From NCBI GenBank assembly GCA_039810425.1, contig JBDHWW010000005.1, forward strand, positions 35,925 through 99,924: a stretch of 64,000 nucleotides of DNA, given 5' to 3'. How positions within the stretch are numbered: position 1 is the stretch's first letter; each line of letters opens with the position of its first letter. The notes under the pieces are model-generated. The model did not search any database. It was not told the DNA's origin and saw only the letters and a list, made by a program, of their open reading frames with translations. This stretch comes from Pseudobdellovibrionaceae bacterium (GTDB lineage: Bacteria > Bdellovibrionota > Bdellovibrionia > Bdellovibrionales > Bdellovibrionaceae). A program made the translations under genes and the position numbers. This document shows, one piece after another, positions 60,701 through 64,000 of this stretch.

Positions 60701-60987
60701 CGAACTTGCACATGTATGAAGCCATCATGGCCGTGCCGATTCCATCCGGTTTGAATGCCGAGGAGACGAAGCAATATAAAGCAGGTGTCGAGCAGATGTC
60801 CTCACCATTCGTTGAAAAGGCGAAAGAGAGCTTTAAGCTGGCTGTTGATCGTGCCTGGGAACTTCAGGTTTATAACGAGGGCTACCATATCGCGATGGAC
60901 CAATACTCTAGACTGCAACCAGGTGCGTTTTACAACAACGGTGAGCAGGGGTCTGACGTAAGAATTATTAACTGGATGGCACAATGA
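57718..60987 (+). CDS. agmU: Large periplasmic TPR protein, AgmU/GltD-like
   Basis: 1089 aa, signal peptide, LRLAELY, many TPRs; synteny with gliding cluster. Confidence 0.75.
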   Translation: MMYKKNRLVISFLVLSMTLGATQGVLAQTSANNKKKKKAVQTSTTRRVAPASASASQTSGRKTVGQLLNQISTESRGANVQMQKGDTALPDFGYSFKPNQNTHNLEAVKPPRSSELLRRGGGTKAEYERVLDQQIQELYKLTQRFKNSPNRGELWLRLAELYVEKAGIVDARKQDAYDQQLADFKTGKTKVKPVLNTAEAKDFNRRAIQLYEWFERDFPKDEKMDQALFFLGYNYFEMGDTHKGAEYYQRLNKQFPNSPFVGESHFSLGEYHFENEKWADAYREYSYVIKDKKHRLNTFALYKGAWCLFRLGKTQQSLSYLEYIIKSSKYEQEASSQSRRAVNKTRLEQEALRDIVIFYAEARPASDAIAYFRGLLGDADIVPYLEKLAYYYSDKGGKDDARDVFKMLIGERPDSPKAFDWQYQIVQNYFYAKNSPKFREELYIWIKNFAPNSPWYEANKANKELIDNSFKMRETTLRNYVLQQHQTAQNSHAAGPMKAAYEGYGFYLEEFGSSPQGADMHFYFGELLYDMKRYDEAAVQYKWLVDNSPQSKFADKAAANLILSLEKSVPPDAELQKRVANTLEPQPLDPKVERFIKASQWYTTKFPKSEKAPEIKFRIGRLYYMHNQFDESTKVFREIVQIYPKTKYSEYSANLLLDTYNLRKDYAGLEKAAAELLAVQSIANSKVGADIKSVMEKASFKKGSDLEIEKKYSESAQAFETFAKTNPRSELATTAIFNAGVNYERAGMIPAAIAMYNNVLKSSDPKMESNKPKVRRLLAKLYQDTGNFEEAARLYKQAATENPKDPLAPNFIYNTALLNEALGKNDAAIHSYEEFIKMAKKRSETSDALYSVATMHRKANHLSIAIDKYKDYLNSGAANPEKVIEAHYWISDMMKRKRQISESEAWAKKTIAVQKRLGGEKKLGAQWAAKLKFADTLNTFAEYKRARISANPAKQKETLDKKIALLGRLNKELADVIKYDAAEEIVSSLSLLGESNLHMYEAIMAVPIPSGLNAEETKQYKAGVEQMSSPFVEKAKESFKLAVDRAWELQVYNEGYHIAMDQYSRLQPGAFYNNGEQGSDVRIINWMAQ

Positions 60988-61901
60988 TGAAAAAGATGGT
61001 CCTAACTTTAGCAATAAGCGGTTTGCTGGCGGCCTGCGGATCTTCGCCGAAACAACAAGGCGGTGGTGACGATGGCTACAGCCCCGTCGCTGCGGCGGGC
61101 GGTGGTTCAGGTTCTTCAGGCAGCTTCGACATGGGTGATGGCGGTGGTGCAGCGGGGACTTCGTCTAAAGCGTCCCAAGGCTTTGCCCAGTCTGCGAAAG
61201 CAGCACCTCCGGCGGTGGCAGCTCAAGGCCAACCTATCAGCCAAGGCGCTTTGGTCGATGCGATTAAAAGCCAAAACGACGAGCAGGTCTTCAGAGTTGC
61301 CGGCCAACTTTTGACGCAAAATCCGAATGACGTGAAAGCAATCAATGCGATGGCGATGTACTACTTTAAAAAAGGTAAAATCGATGCCACGAAGTATTTG
61401 CTGAACAAGGCCATTGCGGTAAACCCGAACGTGGGTGAAGCCTATAGCAACATGGGTTTAGTTCACTTGGCTAGTAATGAGCCGCGTGAAGCAATCTTGG
61501 CTTTCCGTAAAGCTTTGGACATCAACTCCAACGATAGCATCGCAGCTGCCAACGCGGGCTCGATTTACGTCGCGGAGAGGGACTATAACAAGGCAGCCAC
61601 TGTTCTTGCGGTAGCTTATAACGGTGGGGTTCGCGATGCCAAAACTATGAACAACTATGCTATTGCTTTGACAGCTGTCGGAAGGTTCGACGAGGCAAAC
61701 TCGATCTATCAGGCGGCGATGAAGGAGCAAAATAATAATCGAGAGTTGCTCTTGAACTATGCTATTCTTCTTATAGATCACATGAATAAGTACAAAGAGG
61801 GCATGGACGCTCTGAACAGACTTAAGTTCGTAGGTCCTCCTTCAGAGTCCCGTAACCGTATAATTGCTTTGGAAAACAAAGCAAAAGCTGGTTTAAAATA
61901 G
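60984..61901 (+). CDS. aglT: TPR lipoprotein, AglT/GltE-like
   Basis: Lipobox LAA-C, Gly-rich linker, TPRs; synteny. Confidence 0.7.
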   Translation: MMKKMVLTLAISGLLAACGSSPKQQGGGDDGYSPVAAAGGGSGSSGSFDMGDGGGAAGTSSKASQGFAQSAKAAPPAVAAQGQPISQGALVDAIKSQNDEQVFRVAGQLLTQNPNDVKAINAMAMYYFKKGKIDATKYLLNKAIAVNPNVGEAYSNMGLVHLASNEPREAILAFRKALDINSNDSIAAANAGSIYVAERDYNKAATVLAVAYNGGVRDAKTMNNYAIALTAVGRFDEANSIYQAAMKEQNNNRELLLNYAILLIDHMNKYKEGMDALNRLKFVGPPSESRNRIIALENKAKAGLK

Positions 61902-61921
61902 GAACAGGGGGAAAAAAGATC

Positions 61922-62251
61922 ATGAAACGTCTTTTACTGTCGGTGATCACATGCGGCTTAGTTATCTTCTTGGGTGCGCCGTCCGTGTTCGCTCAAGATG
62001 AACGTGGTGGTGAAGCTCCCGCCGCAGTTCCCTCCTCAGGGGGCTCCAAGTCCCGCCCGAAAGCCACTCGTACCCAGAAGTTGAACTTCGAGGATGAGTT
62101 GGTCGAAGGGGGAACGCAAAAACCGGAACTGTTTTATCTCTTTCAGAAGAAAAATTTCAACTATAAGCGTTTGATTAAGCTGAGACAAAATTTCATTCCT
62201 GAAATGAGAAAGACATCTGAAGACATTCAGCGCATCCGGGGTGGCACTTGA
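61922..62251 (+). CDS. Small secreted protein, GltF/CglF-like
   Basis: NFEDELVEG..QKP...LIKLR.NF.PEM.K motif; synteny. Confidence 0.7.
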   Translation: MKRLLLSVITCGLVIFLGAPSVFAQDERGGEAPAAVPSSGGSKSRPKATRTQKLNFEDELVEGGTQKPELFYLFQKKNFNYKRLIKLRQNFIPEMRKTSEDIQRIRGGT

Positions 62252-64000
62252 AATCTCCTGTCATACTTAGAGTTTTTAAAGGTACTCAACTGGTCGAAGT
62301 GAAGCAGTTCGATCTGGATCAAATCGTTATCGGCCGCAACGCCGAAGTCGGTTTGAATCTTGAAGCAGATGAAGTTTCACCGATTCATTGCCTGATTGAA
62401 ATGAGGGATGCCGGTTACTACATCTGCGATCTGGGTTCAACCACGGGAACCTTCAAGAACGGCCAATCGATTCTCGATGAGGCGCTGACCTCCGGTGATG
62501 AAATCGGGGTCGGGCCATTCAAAATTAATTTCTTCGTAGGCATTCCTAAGCCAAAAGCCGCGCCTCCGGGAAAAGTTGAAGCGCCCGCCGTTTCGGTGCC
62601 GACTTCAGCGGCTCCGGCGGCCGCCGTGATTCCAGAGGCTCCAAAGCATGAAGAACCCGTGGTTGTCGCGGCTCTTCCCCCGACTTCGGTTCAACCGATT
62701 TCGATTCCGGATGAGATGCCTCAGAGTGTCGCTCCAGGCATTCCGGTGGCAACTCCGGTATTTGAAGCACCCAAAGCGGAAATGAAGCAAGAGCCGATAG
62801 CTGTTGTGCGTGAAGAGCAAAAGCCTCGTATTGTAGCGGCTCCGGTCGTCGGTCCTGCGAAGACGGATACTCGAGCTCCAAGTAAAGGTTCTAAATTTAG
62901 AAAAGAAAAGCATAGAAAAACATTTGCTCCCGTGAGCGAAATCAAAGATCTTCGTGATCACCTTCGTCCCGGCAAAGGGAATGTCGTGGAAGTCATCGTC
63001 AGCTGGCGCGAACGTGTTTTGACGACGTACCACTATCGCACCCCCGGAATCGTTCGTTTGGGGCCAGGTGATAAGTACGAAATCAATATGCCGGATGGAG
63101 TTTGCCCCACTGGATGGCCGCTTGTTGAGGTTGGTCCGGAAACACGCATCGCGGCCACTTCTGAAATGAAAGTTGAAGCCATCACCAAGTCTGGCAAGAA
63201 AAGTGTCGATGAACTCTTGCGTTCAGGTAAAGCGCAACGCACAGGCAACTCCGTCACTATGAAGCTGGATCAAGAAGAACTTTTCTTTATTGGTTTGCCA
63301 TACAGTGATTTGCAACTTTATGTCCGTTTCGTTCCTCAACCACCGGTTATTCCAGTTCCACCTTGGTTTCTTAGCAGTTCCGAGCTGACTGGTATGGTGA
63401 TGTCATTGATTCTTGTGGTTTTGCTCGCGTTATATGTATACGCAACGGCGCCTTCAATAATGGAAGAAGAGAAGAAGGAAGAAATCGTCGCTCAAGTCAT
63501 TTTTGATAAGCCAAAACCAACGCCACCACCCATTAGAGTGGTCGAGGAAAAACCTATCGAAACGCCTACTCCCGCTCCTCCAAAGCCAACACCGACCCCG
63601 AAAAAGGTCGTGGTGGCGGATAAGCAGCAAGAAGTGGTAAATAAGGCGAAGAAGCCGGATCCGGCTCAAGCGTCTAAGAACTCTAAAGCGGGCGCAGCTT
63701 CCGAAGTGGCTCCTAAACCTTCGCAAAACAAACCGAAGATCTATACTTCCGTTCACAAACAAGGTGGCGCGGTTAAGCAAGGTTCTACAGAGTCCGCGAA
63801 TGCGGAAAGCAAGAATAAAGACGTCAGTAAGGTGGGAATGTTCGCAGCGCTTGGTGGCGGCGGTATCAGAAAGAATCTGGATAAAGCATACTCCGGTGCG
63901 GGCGAGGTCCTCGGGACTGCGGCCAATGCAACGGGCACTGCCGGATCCAACTCTGACCGTGCGGGTGATGATATCGGCGGTAAGTTCAAAGATACAGGTG
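62248..64000 (+). CDS. FHA-domain, Pro-rich, single-TM protein (GltG/PglI-like), truncated by the window end
   Basis: Absent from the ORF track. TTG 62248 overlaps the upstream stop; MKSPVILRVFKG...IVIGR...VSPIHC...DLGSTTGTFKNG is an FHA domain; TM near 63390-63450. Confidence 0.85.
   Translation, partial: MKSPVILRVFKGTQLVEVKQFDLDQIVIGRNAEVGLNLEADEVSPIHCLIEMRDAGYYICDLGSTTGTFKNGQSILDEALTSGDEIGVGPFKINFFVGIPKPKAAPPGKVEAPAVSVPTSAAPAAAVIPEAPKHEEPVVVAALPPTSVQPISIPDEMPQSVAPGIPVATPVFEAPKAEMKQEPIAVVREEQKPRIVAAPVVGPAKTDTRAPSKGSKFRKEKHRKTFAPVSEIKDLRDHLRPGKGNVVEVIVSWRERVLTTYHYRTPGIVRLGPGDKYEINMPDGVCPTGWPLVEVGPETRIAATSEMKVEAITKSGKKSVDELLRSGKAQRTGNSVTMKLDQEELFFIGLPYSDLQLYVRFVPQPPVIPVPPWFLSSSELTGMVMSLILVVLLALYVYATAPSIMEEEKKEEIVAQVIFDKPKPTPPPIRVVEEKPIETPTPAPPKPTPTPKKVVVADKQQEVVNKAKKPDPAQASKNSKAGAASEVAPKPSQNKPKIYTSVHKQGGAVKQGSTESANAESKNKDVSKVGMFAALGGGGIRKNLDKAYSGAGEVLGTAANATGTAGSNSDRAGDDIGGKFKDTG

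Overview
Chromosomal segment of a Bdellovibrio-like predatory bacterium (Bdellovibrionota). This is inferred from a TIGR02147-type HTH gene, a myxobacterial-type Glt/AgmU gliding cluster and many orphan secreted proteins and lipoproteins. Core genes (lpdA-pdhC, corA, sfsA, dsbA-like, cpaF, eno, ftsB, polA, nnr-engB-kdsB-pyrG-kdsD-kdsC, gliding cluster) alternate with accessory stretches. No rRNA, tRNA, CRISPR array or transposase was seen. The best novelty candidates are: (1) two neighbouring ABC1/UbiB-type atypical kinases with altered family motifs, one fused to an XRE helix-turn-helix whose first helix lacks an in-frame start codon; (2) a TIGR02147 regulator with two 17-bp palindromes flanking a divergent promoter and a terminator-ended candidate small RNA; (3) a His-less pseudo-histidine-kinase overlapping eno; (4) a dispersed ~25-35 bp intergenic repeat; (5) an Asn-repeat secreted protein; (6) sigma54, sigma28 and leaderless promoter patterns. 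All functional calls come from motif recognition by eye; no database searches were run.
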